A DNA stretch of 64,000 nt from an uncultured Candidatus Saccharibacteria bacterium (lineage in GTDB: Bacteria > Patescibacteriota > Minisyncoccia > Phycocordibacterales > UBA918), in the NCBI GenBank assembly GCA_964601615.1, contig CAZRNZ010000002.1, forward strand, positions 7,929 to 71,928. Direction: 5' to 3'. The translations under genes were made by a program, and so were the position numbers. The notes under the pieces were generated by a model. That model did no database searches and had not been told where the DNA came from. It saw nothing but the letters and a program-made list of their open reading frames with translations. Below, in pieces: positions 9,475 to 19,600 of the stretch. Numbering within the stretch: the first letter of the stretch is position 1; each line of letters begins with the position of its first letter.

Positions 9475-10221
9475 ATGACAACAATAACATCTCCATACCA
9501 AGTAAAAAATAGAGATTTAATACTTGATAATGAAAATCGTAAGTACATACTTAAAATACATGACCTACCAGACGCTGAAAAACCACGAGAAAAAATGTTT
9601 ACTCAGGGTGTATCTTCCCTGAAATTAAATGAGCTTATAGCAATAATTCTATCTACAGGCACAGTGAAAGAAGATGTTCTTTCCATGGCAAGCAGAGTCG
9701 TTAAAGAATATGGTGAACACGCAGTAATGAGTGTGACTAATCCTCAAAAGTTAGCAGAAGACTTATCTATACCGGTCGGAAAATCTCAACAAATTGTTGC
9801 CTCAATAGAACTGGGCCGCAGATTATTTCAGAAAAATAAAGCCGGAGCAACAGTAATACGTACTGCTGAAGATGTTTACGAACATACAATAGCAATGCGT
9901 GAATTACCCAGAGAACACTTGCGTGGACTATATCTGAACGCCCACTACAAAGTGATACATGATGAAGTTATATCAATAGGTACAATTGATAGTAATATTA
10001 TTCACCCTCGAGAAGTTTTTAAACCTGCTCTAGAATATTCGGCAGCTGCCGTAATATTGGTACATAACCACCCATCAGGAAACCATGAAGCCTCATCAGC
10101 AGATATTTCTGTAACTGAACAAATAATAAATGCAGGGAAAATATTAGGCATAGACTTAATTGATCATGTAATAGTTACTAAAGATGGTTTTGGTAGTGTG
10201 CCAGCAAATTACAATATTTAA
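9475..10221 (+). CDS. radC: RadC-like JAB-domain protein (UPF0758)
   Basis: HhH N-terminus, JAMM motif ILVHNHPSGNHEASSADISVTEQI. Confidence 0.8.
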   Translation: MTTITSPYQVKNRDLILDNENRKYILKIHDLPDAEKPREKMFTQGVSSLKLNELIAIILSTGTVKEDVLSMASRVVKEYGEHAVMSVTNPQKLAEDLSIPVGKSQQIVASIELGRRLFQKNKAGATVIRTAEDVYEHTIAMRELPREHLRGLYLNAHYKVIHDEVISIGTIDSNIIHPREVFKPALEYSAAAVILVHNHPSGNHEASSADISVTEQIINAGKILGIDLIDHVIVTKDGFGSVPANYNI

Positions 10222-10222
10222 A

Positions 10223-10456
10223 ATGTACGCAACTTACAAACCTCAAATACTTACCCTGAGAGATAAATCAGAGCCAATTGATTTGATGTTTCATATTAAA
10301 TCAGATGATTATTTTGCCACCCTAGCAACAGTGTTAAATCTAATACTTGATACAGAAAACGAGCTAAAAAATACTTCTCGAAAATCTTTGATTAATGCAC
10401 GGGAAAATTTGATATACCTTCAAAGAAACTATCAAATCAGAGAAAGATATAAATAA
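10223..10456 (+). CDS. Hypothetical small protein
   Basis: 77 aa ORF from MYATYKP; no recognizable motif. Confidence 0.3.
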   Translation: MYATYKPQILTLRDKSEPIDLMFHIKSDDYFATLATVLNLILDTENELKNTSRKSLINARENLIYLQRNYQIRERYK

Positions 10457-10457
10457 T

Positions 10458-10967
10458 TTACTTATTTAACACCAATACATCATCGAGAGATACACGGAAC
10501 CAATAAGTATATTTATCGGGATTTTTTGTTATATCTTCCTTTAAATCTGATATAGAAATCCATTTGTAATCTTGAACTTCATCAGGGTTTGGTTTTGGTG
10601 AATTATCACTTTTACCCACTAAAACGTAATCAAACTCGTGTTCCGTTAAGCCATTATCAAATGGAGCTTTATAGACAAAGGAATGAATAATCTTGAGTTC
10701 TGTAGTAAAACCCATTTCTTCCTGTAATCGGCGGTAAGCAGCACCTTCTACACCTTCCCCTGGAGATGGATGACTGCAACAGGTATTACTCCACAATCCC
10801 CCTGAATGATATTTATTTTTATTACGTTGTTGAAGTAATAATTCTCCTTTTGTATTAAAAACAAAGATTGAAAACGCTCGATGAAGCAGACCTTTTTGGT
10901 GAGCCTCTAACTTCTCCATTGTTCCCACCTCCCTATCTAATTCATCAACTAAAATTACATCTGTCAT
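10458..10967 (-). CDS. idi: Isopentenyl-diphosphate delta-isomerase type 1 (Nudix family)
   Basis: LLLQQRNKNKYHSGGLWSNTCCSHPSPGEGVEGAAYRRLQEEMGF matches the IDI-1 active-site Cys/Glu region. Confidence 0.75.
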   Translation of the reverse strand: MTDVILVDELDREVGTMEKLEAHQKGLLHRAFSIFVFNTKGELLLQQRNKNKYHSGGLWSNTCCSHPSPGEGVEGAAYRRLQEEMGFTTELKIIHSFVYKAPFDNGLTEHEFDYVLVGKSDNSPKPNPDEVQDYKWISISDLKEDITKNPDKYTYWFRVSLDDVLVLNK

Positions 10968-11007
10968 TTTAATTTAAAGACAATAGAGCTTCATGAGCTT
11001 CTTTAAA

Positions 11008-12426
11008 TTAAACTTCTAATCTAGCAAAAAGATTTTCTGGTTTTTTATTTTCCTTAATCGCTTCAACTATTATACGTGAAGTTTCTGGCATGAATGGCAA
11101 AAGTGCATAACCAATTCCCGTCAGCTGTCTACGTAAGTCAAAAATAATTTCCTTAGCTTTTTCTGGCTCTGTTTTTACCAACTTAAATGGTTCAGTTTCA
11201 GTAATTCTCTCATCAAGCCTCTGTATGCCTGACCAAATAGTATCTAAGGCTGATTGCAGATTATAGTTTTCAATATTCACATATTCTGGAGTCTCGGTGT
11301 AACCACCCTCAAGATGAGTCTCACTCATCTTCATGATACGAGCTGTCAGGTTACCTAAACCATTTACTAAACCAGCCGTATATAGTTCGTCTAAACGCTC
11401 AATAGTAATATCAGAATCTTCAAAAGGATGAACATGCCGAGCCAATAAATAACGAGTCGCTTCTGTACCGTAGCGAGAAACCAGATCATAAGGACTGATA
11501 ACATTACCCAGAGACTTGGACATTTTTTGTCCGCCAGAGTTTATGAAACCATGATAAATAACCTTATCAGTTGCTTTTACTCCAGCACTCTTCAGCATCG
11601 CCTGCCACATAATTGACTGAAAGCGCACTTGATCTTTTCCTGCCAACTGTACTACCTCGCCCTCTGTCCAAAAAGTATTAAAATCACCATCTTCTTTTGG
11701 CCAACCAAGAGTAGAAATATAATTAGTAAGCGCATCAAACCAAACATACATCACTTGATTATCATCTTCTGGTACACCAATACCCCAATCAAGACGAGCT
11801 CGCTCACGTGAAATGGAAAAATCTTCCAAACCACCTTCCACAAAATTAAGCGCCTCTTGTCTTCTCCATTCTGGCTCTATCACACCATCCTTTGTAAGAT
11901 ATTCTTTTAGATAATCTTGATACTTAGAAAGAGCAAAGAAATAATTTTCTTCCTCAACAATTTGCGGCTCCATATTTGGATGATTTGGACAACGGCCATC
12001 TACCAAATCACTATCACGCAAGAACATTTCATCACCTACACAATAAAGTCCTTTATACTTCTTTTTATAGATATCACCATTCTCTAAACACTTTTGCCAA
12101 ATAGCTTGGGCTGCTTTCTTATGGTTTTCATCGGTAGTACGAATGAAATTATCATAAGAAAGATTCAATGCTTCGCCGAGTTTTTTAAACTCGTTAGCAT
12201 AATGATTTACATAATCCTGCCTATCCTGGCCTTTTTCATCGGCTTTTTCGGCAATTTTTTGACCGTGCTCATCTGTACCAGTATTAAAAAAAACCTCTCT
12301 CCCCATCAAACGCCAATAGCGAGAAATAACATCGGCAACAATAACTTCAGTCGCAAACCCAATATGTGGATCAGCATTAACGTAAGGCAATGTTGTTGTG
12401 ATATATAAAGGTTTTTTGTTGGACAT
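11008..12426 (-). CDS. metG: Methionyl-tRNA synthetase, short form lacking C-terminal tRNA-binding domain
   Basis: PYVNADPHIGF (HIGH), GTDEHGQKI signature, KMSKS; 472 aa. Confidence 0.85.
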   Translation of the reverse strand: MSNKKPLYITTTLPYVNADPHIGFATEVIVADVISRYWRLMGREVFFNTGTDEHGQKIAEKADEKGQDRQDYVNHYANEFKKLGEALNLSYDNFIRTTDENHKKAAQAIWQKCLENGDIYKKKYKGLYCVGDEMFLRDSDLVDGRCPNHPNMEPQIVEEENYFFALSKYQDYLKEYLTKDGVIEPEWRRQEALNFVEGGLEDFSISRERARLDWGIGVPEDDNQVMYVWFDALTNYISTLGWPKEDGDFNTFWTEGEVVQLAGKDQVRFQSIMWQAMLKSAGVKATDKVIYHGFINSGGQKMSKSLGNVISPYDLVSRYGTEATRYLLARHVHPFEDSDITIERLDELYTAGLVNGLGNLTARIMKMSETHLEGGYTETPEYVNIENYNLQSALDTIWSGIQRLDERITETEPFKLVKTEPEKAKEIIFDLRRQLTGIGYALLPFMPETSRIIVEAIKENKKPENLFARLEV

Positions 12427-12562
12427 ATTATGAGGAAGAATAACATTGATTTGAGATGAACAGAAGCGCCAGAGACTTCGGCTCCGGCACTTCTTTTCAT
12501 TATTTGCTATAACCCTTATTAAGTGTTATAATATAATAGTAAAGTTCTTTGGAGAGTCAAAA

Positions 12563-12724
12563 TTGACCAACAATACTAACGACAGCCAAGAAATTGGCGG
12601 ACAAGAGAATGACTCTGGTCTTACCTATCAGTATATTGCCGTTATTATCATTATCGTGATGATAATATTACTTTTCAGTTCAGTCGCGAACGAAATACTT
12701 ATGGCACTTCGACTGAAGATTTGA
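12563..12724 (+). CDS. Possible 53-aa membrane peptide (TTG start)
   Basis: ggagag SD 7 nt upstream of TTG; hydrophobic core YIAVIIIIVMIILLF; followed by the terminator at 12737. Confidence 0.2.
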   Translation: MTNNTNDSQEIGGQENDSGLTYQYIAVIIIIVMIILLFSSVANEILMALRLKI

Positions 12725-12736
12725 AGTCTAAGGTAC

Positions 12737-12770
12737 AAAACCTATGCAAATAAGCATAGGTTTTTATTTT
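12737..12770 (+). terminator. Intrinsic terminator (bidirectional context, abuts glyQS stop)
   Basis: aaaacctatgcaaataagcataggttttt + atttt. Confidence 0.6.
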
Positions 12771-14137
12771 AGAAAATCTACTAACTCAGCAACAGCAATT
12801 CTCTTCTGCTCACCAGTATCACGATCACGCACAGTTACTGTATCAAGTAAGTCGGGATTTTCACCCAAAGTATCGAAGTCAATCACCACACAATATGGTG
12901 TACCAATTTCATCTTGACGACGGTAACGCTTACCAATGTTTCCATTGTCATCAAAAGTCACATTACCAAATTCCTGCTTTAGCATTTTAAAGACACCTCT
13001 CGCCTTCTCTACCAATTCCGGCTTATTTTTTAGAAGTGGAGAAACAGCTACACGGTAAGGTGCAATATACTTCGGTAACTTCAAATATACACGTGTATCG
13101 CCTCCCATCTCATCCTCAGTATACGCTTCGCACAAAACAGCAGTTATCACTCTTCCTAGACCAAATGATGGTTCTAGGACGTGAGGAATAAACCTTGTTC
13201 CATCTGACTCAATATACTCCAAAGAAACACCACTGGCTTCCATGTGGTTTTTTAAGTCATGATCGGTACGATAAGCAAAGCCTGACAATTCACTAAATCC
13301 CTTTCCTGGATAATTATATTCGAAATCGATTGTTCTCTTTGAATAATGTGCTAAATCATTTTCAGGTACTTCTAGCTCCTTTACATTTTCACGAGATAAT
13401 CCGATATGATCGTTCCACTTCCAAATATCCTGACGAAGTTCTTCAAAAAGTCTTTCCCAATCTTCACCTTTAATAAAATACTCGATTTCCATTTGTTCAA
13501 ACTCGCGTACACGGAAAAGAAAATCTCGTGGCGCAATTTCGTTACGAAAAGCTTTGCCAATTTGAGCGATACCAAAAGGAATCTTAGGACTCATTGAATC
13601 CACCACATTCTTGAAGTTAACAAAAATACCCTGGGCTGTTTCTGGACGGAGATAAGATTTTAGAGTTCCTTCTGCACCAACCTTGGTTTCAAACATTAGG
13701 TTGAACTGTCGAGCAGAAGATAGGTCATTCCCTTTTGGACTTTTGATATTGTTTTCCTTAATCAATCTATCAATATCTTCTAAAGTTAGACCCTCAGCAT
13801 CAATACCGTTATCTTTCAAAAGATGATCAGCACGAAAACGGTCGTTAGTTTTTACGTCTTCAACAATCGGATCAGCAAAACCAGCGCCAGTATGACCAGA
13901 GGCTTCCCAAACTTTTTCGTTCATCAAAATAGAAGCATCTAAACCATACATGTCTTCACGACCCTCTACAAACATCTTCCACCATTCTCGCTTAATGTTG
14001 TTATTCAACATCACGCCCAGAGGTCCATAATCCCAAGTTCCACGAAGACCGCCATAGATTTCTGATCCTTGAAATACAAAACCGCGACGCTTACAAAGCG
14101 AAACAATCTTCTCCATCTTATTATCAACCTCTATCAT
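12764..14137 (-). CDS. glyQS: Glycyl-tRNA synthetase (alpha2 dimeric type)
   Basis: MEKIVSLCKRRGFVFQGSEIYGGLRGTWDYGPLGV, class II motifs, anticodon-binding C-terminus. Confidence 0.9.
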   Translation of the reverse strand: MIEVDNKMEKIVSLCKRRGFVFQGSEIYGGLRGTWDYGPLGVMLNNNIKREWWKMFVEGREDMYGLDASILMNEKVWEASGHTGAGFADPIVEDVKTNDRFRADHLLKDNGIDAEGLTLEDIDRLIKENNIKSPKGNDLSSARQFNLMFETKVGAEGTLKSYLRPETAQGIFVNFKNVVDSMSPKIPFGIAQIGKAFRNEIAPRDFLFRVREFEQMEIEYFIKGEDWERLFEELRQDIWKWNDHIGLSRENVKELEVPENDLAHYSKRTIDFEYNYPGKGFSELSGFAYRTDHDLKNHMEASGVSLEYIESDGTRFIPHVLEPSFGLGRVITAVLCEAYTEDEMGGDTRVYLKLPKYIAPYRVAVSPLLKNKPELVEKARGVFKMLKQEFGNVTFDDNGNIGKRYRRQDEIGTPYCVVIDFDTLGENPDLLDTVTVRDRDTGEQKRIAVAELVDFLK

Positions 14138-14149
14138 TTCTGTTTAAAC

Positions 14150-16042
14150 TTAATTTGATTTAACTATCCCACTATTGTTCTGACCTGATATTTCAGCTGT
14201 GATATTTCCGCCACTAGAACGAAGGACTGAACCAGTAAAACTATCATCAGCCCTAAGCTGTATATTCTCTACCAATACTGGTGTTTTACCAAGTAGTGCG
14301 CTAGTTGGCAAGAGGGACACACCAAAGGTGCCTTTGACAGGATTATTAGAAACATTCCCTACACGCCACTCTATGGTGCGGTTTGTAATATCATAATTCC
14401 AACTTCCAGCGCCAGAAGAATTATCAATCCAATCAACAGAAGGTGGCAAGGTTGCTGTAATAATCACTCCACCAAGGTTGTTACCACTATTATTAACTAG
14501 CAATTCAATACGATAATCTGTTTCCTTATTTACAACTGGCGGCACAGCGCCTGCTGTAACATCGTTCACCTTTCCAGAAACCGAAACCTTTCCTTCGACT
14601 GAAATCGTACGTTTTATTATGCTATCGATACTTTCTTTAGCACTAGAATCCGAAATCCTTCTACCAGAAACACCGACATCTAAACCAATTTGCGGTGATT
14701 GTACCGGACCAGACTGTGGCACCAGATAAAAAGTGAGTCTCTCAGTAGCACCAGGTTTTAATTCTGCCAATCTCGCAGATGAACTTTTATCAAAAGTAAT
14801 GGTACGAGTACTTGAATCGTAATTTCCGCCAGTAGCAGAAATTCTTGAATCCACCAAAGCATTACCAGACAATTTAATAGACACCACAGCATCATAAACT
14901 GGTCTAGAAGAATTATTTCTTACTTCTAGTATTGCTGTGGCTTGTGAGCCGGGAGAAACAGACACCTTGTCACTCTGACTACCATTTATACTCATGGTCG
15001 CAGAAAGAAAAGATTCCTCAAGTGTAAATTCAGCATCAGCTACTGCCAGAACAGACACCAACTCATTAGGATTCCTTTCGCTGGCAACTCCTGTAGAAAA
15101 CTTCAAAACATAACTATCTGAAACCGATCCAGAAAAGCTACCATACAAATCAATTGTTGCGCTTTGTTCTGGTTTTATTTCACTAATTTGCCAAATATTT
15201 CTACCACTAACAGTTGCTGGTTCTGATCGTATAAAGTTAAACCCTCCAGGATAATCAGCTTTTACTAAGAGATCATAAATCGGAGCTGGTGAATTTGAAG
15301 TTAAAACCAATCTAATTCTATTTTCCTGTTCTGCTGGCACGGTCTTGGCTGTATCTACCTTAATTAAAACTGGGGCGTGACTAATTTTAAATCTGAGTGG
15401 TTCAGCTTCTTTATAAAAAGTAGCACTACTACCAACCATACGATATTCAATAGAAACTTTTATTTCCTTTTCTTGATTCTCCTCCCCAAAAACCCTAGCC
15501 TTGAGAGAGATATTTCTAGTTTCACCAGCAGTAATACTCTGCGGAATTGGTACACGTTCTGAAAAAAGGTCTTTACTATCTTCGTCAGCTGATCTTGTAC
15601 CAGCAGGATACTCAACTACCAAAGTCGCCGATTCAATTGAGATAGAATTATGATTTGTTACACCAACCTGAAAAGGAAGTACCTCACCTCCACCAGCAGT
15701 CAAAGGTGCTGTAATACCAACAGAAATATTACTGCCAGAAACAGTGTTTCTCCCAAGCATTATGTAAATACTAGAAGCAGCTAAAGATAATACAAAAAAT
15801 ACCAAGCCAACCAAAAGCAAAATATAACGATATTTTTTTACTGGTTTTTTAATGATTTCTTCGGTTACTGGAACTGATTTTGGAATAGACTTATATGCTG
15901 AATCAGACCAATCCTTTCTTGGTGCCGTAATATCATTTTCTCTTCTTATTTCAGTCCTAGGTCTAATTGAAGGTTCTTCCCCTCTGGAGTAGAGCCTTTC
16001 ACGCAAACTATCTAGCTGTTCATTAGAACGTTTGTCTGACAT
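14150..16042 (-). CDS. Large membrane-anchored extracellular beta-rich protein (hypothetical surface protein)
   Basis: 630 aa; cytoplasmic basic N-terminus, single TM (YILLLVGLVFFVLSLAASSIYIM), long S/T/N/V-rich repeats. Confidence 0.6.
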   Translation of the reverse strand: MSDKRSNEQLDSLRERLYSRGEEPSIRPRTEIRRENDITAPRKDWSDSAYKSIPKSVPVTEEIIKKPVKKYRYILLLVGLVFFVLSLAASSIYIMLGRNTVSGSNISVGITAPLTAGGGEVLPFQVGVTNHNSISIESATLVVEYPAGTRSADEDSKDLFSERVPIPQSITAGETRNISLKARVFGEENQEKEIKVSIEYRMVGSSATFYKEAEPLRFKISHAPVLIKVDTAKTVPAEQENRIRLVLTSNSPAPIYDLLVKADYPGGFNFIRSEPATVSGRNIWQISEIKPEQSATIDLYGSFSGSVSDSYVLKFSTGVASERNPNELVSVLAVADAEFTLEESFLSATMSINGSQSDKVSVSPGSQATAILEVRNNSSRPVYDAVVSIKLSGNALVDSRISATGGNYDSSTRTITFDKSSSARLAELKPGATERLTFYLVPQSGPVQSPQIGLDVGVSGRRISDSSAKESIDSIIKRTISVEGKVSVSGKVNDVTAGAVPPVVNKETDYRIELLVNNSGNNLGGVIITATLPPSVDWIDNSSGAGSWNYDITNRTIEWRVGNVSNNPVKGTFGVSLLPTSALLGKTPVLVENIQLRADDSFTGSVLRSSGGNITAEISGQNNSGIVKSN

Positions 16043-16069
16043 AAATGAATTATACCACCTTGAGTCAGA

Positions 16070-16642
16070 CTACAAGTGACTAACCTGCTTGGCCCTGTCA
16101 ATGTACTTTAAGATATCTGTAGATAAAATTGGTAGTGACCAACAATTTTCCGAAAAAAGATACTGCTCAATACCATTTGATTCAGCAATATAACCAAGTT
16201 TATGCAGTAATCTAAGACTAAATATATTTTCTATTTGATCGTCTTTTATATCGGAAGAAGACAGAATTGTAGCTAAAGAAGATTTTGTGTCATCAAAAAT
16301 ATCTGGATAACCAACCTCACCATGCACAAATTGCCTAATTAGCTTTATGATTGCAGCTACAGAAATCCTTTTTTGTTTAGAGTCTGATGCCTCGGTAAAA
16401 TAATTTTTGACACACTCAATACTGCCGACTTTCCAACCCGTCTTCCCTTTTACTAAAGAAGCTCTGACTAAAGCAAAGTCTTGTAAAGCGTATCTTTGTT
16501 TTGATCTTTCTTCTCGCACACTTCTTGCTGTAGCCCAAATCATTCCTGCGTCACGAGTAAAAAGCAAAAACGCTTTATCAGAAGTGTTATTTAATCTTGA
16601 TCCGCAAACAATTGCTTCGGTTGTATATGTTTTGTAAGACAT
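16070..16642 (-). CDS. recO: DNA repair protein RecO-like (short)
   Basis: N-terminal OB-fold pattern AIVCGSRLNNTSDKAFLLFTRDAGMIWATARSVREERSK...LQDFALV and LRLLHKLGY resemble RecO. Confidence 0.5.
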   Translation of the reverse strand: MSYKTYTTEAIVCGSRLNNTSDKAFLLFTRDAGMIWATARSVREERSKQRYALQDFALVRASLVKGKTGWKVGSIECVKNYFTEASDSKQKRISVAAIIKLIRQFVHGEVGYPDIFDDTKSSLATILSSSDIKDDQIENIFSLRLLHKLGYIAESNGIEQYLFSENCWSLPILSTDILKYIDRAKQVSHL

Positions 16643-16684
16643 TTTGGTGTAAAAAGCGGCAGGCTTCGCCTGCCGCTTTTTCTT

Positions 16685-19600
16685 CTATTTCAACTCAACA
16701 GTATAAGTACTTTCACCAGCCACAATTTCCGCACCAGCTGCATCGCCAAAAGTAATTGTGTCTGTTCCAGTCACTCGTTTAATTTCACCTTCGAAAGTTT
16801 TGACTACTTCTTCCCCGCTATCACTAGTCTGTACAATCAGACTGATTCTATCACTAGGTTGCAGGCCTTTTTGCTTGCGCAAATCTTGTACAGCGCGAAT
16901 AAAATCGCGTGCATCACCTTCCATTTTTAGTTCAGGAGTAATTTCGATATCCAAGACCACTCTTTCTTCCGAATTAGGATTGAACGCTATTTCTTTAACG
17001 TTTATTTCATCGGCAATAATATTTGCATATTCTGCCTCCATTTCAATATTTAGAGTCAGATTCTTCAGAGGCTGACGTACCTTAATACCAGACTTTGTTC
17101 TAGCTTCAAGTGCGGTCGTCACAAACTCACGCACCAGACTCATTTCTCCTAACACAACTGGGTCAAAGGAGACAACCTCAGGCCATGACGACAAATGAAC
17201 ACTTTCTTCATCAGAATCAGACTTCACTCTTGCCCACAGATATTCTGCATAAAATGGCATAGATGGTGCCATTACCAGAGACAAATTCTTTAGTATGTAG
17301 CGGAGAGTCCTAAGTGCTAAATTCTTATCAGCTACATCTTCACCCTTTAGCCGATCTCGTGAACGCCGCAGATACCACACAGACAGATCATCGATAAAAT
17401 CAACCAAAGGTCTTGTAGCCTTATCAAGTTCATATTTTTTGAAACCTTCGGTTGACTCTGCAATCAGTTGATTCAAACGAGATAAAATCCAGCGATCAAG
17501 AACATGGGTAGAATCACCTCGCGACTCCACTCCACTAGATGCAAACATTTCATACATCTGCAAAACATTATGCAAACGTCCGATATTTTTACGCATCAAT
17601 TCAGTCGCTTCTTTTTCGGAGAAGTTCAAATCTTCACCTCTCATAATCGGTGCAGACAAAAGATAATATCTAATGGCGTCCGAGCCAATTCTATCTACCA
17701 ACTCCATCGGGTCTGGATAATTACGCAAAGACTTCGACATCTTGCGACCATCTTCTGCCAATACTAGTCCGTTTACAATTACATTCTTGTACGGAGATAC
17801 ATCGAAGATAGAGGTTCCGAGGACAATGAGTGAATAAAACCAACCACGTGTTTGATCTAATCCTTCGGCAATAAAGTCGGCTGGAAAACACCCCTTGAAA
17901 TTATCTTTGTTTTCAAACGGATAATGATGCTGGGCATAAGGCATTGAACCAGATTCAAACCAACAATCAAACACATCTTTAACACGCTCAAGTTTTGTTC
18001 CGTCGGTATCAAATGCCTCGAAATCATCAATATAAGGACGGTGGTAATCGAGCTCGTAATTATCATTATGCGGAATTGGAGTGAACTCTATTTCACGCCA
18101 TTGACCATTTTTTAGCTCACCGTTTTCCTGATGATATTTTTCTGATTCTCTTGGAGTCAATCCTTTAGCTGCATATTCCAAAGCAATCAAAGAACCAGCA
18201 TGTCCAACGAACAAGATTTTCTTGCCAGAATGTTCTTTATCAAGACGATATAACACTTCGCCCATTCGTTTTTGTAGGTCACGATAATTTTCGTTTTCGC
18301 CAATCTGTTTTGTGTAGCGTTCCTCCCAATTGGCAAAGCTTTCATTAAACTCTGCCCAAGTTTTTCCTTCAAAATCAGGAATTTGAATTTCGCCAGTACC
18401 CTTTTCTTCCAAAATAGCAGAATTATCTAACCCGAGTTCATCACGCAAGATTTCAGCAGTTTGTTTGGTACGAGAAAAACCAGTATGAATAATTATATCC
18501 ACCTTACCTTTTAACTCCTTAGCGGCGTTTTTAACCTGTTCTATTCCTTCTAACGTTAAAGCATCAGGAGTATCAGCATTACTGCGAATTTTCCTCTCGA
18601 CATTAGATTCTGCCTGTCCATGCCGAAGAACAAAATACTGATTATTACTCTTCTTCGTATGAGCAGTTAAATCAGCCAAAGAGCCAAAAACCTTATATTC
18701 TTTAGTTTCTGGATGACGCCAAATTGGTAATGGCGCACCCCAGTAACGCTGGCGAGATATTGCCCAATCGCGCGCGCCTTCAAGCCAGTTACCAAAACGA
18801 TTCTTTCCAACATGGTCAGGCACCCAATTCACATTACTGTTTTCGCCTACCAATTTATCTTTGATATCAGTAACACGGACAAACCAAGACGTGGTCGCAT
18901 AGTTCAAAAGCGGTGTATCACATCGCCAACAATGCGGATAACTGTGAGTGATATTTTCTTTGCGGAATAATATTCCCTTGGCAGCTAAAGCTCGCACCAC
19001 TTCAATATCAGCATCAAGGTGAGTTATTTCAGCAGACTCATCGTCTTTTGGTTTTACCAGACGACACTCAAACTCACTGATAAACTCCATAAACTTTCCT
19101 TCTTCATCCACATGATGAGCGATAGGAATATTATGTTGCTGAGCCAGCTTCATATCATCTTCACCGTAAGCAGGAGCCAAGTGCACACCACCAGTTCCCT
19201 CCTCGCCGATTTCTACATAGTCAGCATGATAGATTTTCCAAGCATTTTCTTTCCCTGTTACTTCCTTTTCACTCCAGTATGGGAATGGTGGTACATAAGA
19301 ACGACCCACGAGTTTCTCTCCCTTAAATTCTTCAACAATTTCGTAATCTTCAGTTGCTAACTGAACCAGTCGTTCTTTTGCCAAAATCACAAACTCCTCA
19401 CCAACTTTTATCTTGGCGTAAACGAAGTCTTTATTTATGGCTGCTGCGAAGTTGCCTGGCAATGTCCATGGCGTAGTTGTCCAAACTAGTAGTGAAGTAT
19501 TTTCTTCATCTACCAAAGGAAGCTTTACAGTCACAGCAATATCTTTGATATCTTTGTAACCTTGGTTTACCTCAAAGTTGGAAAGTGTCGTACCACAACG

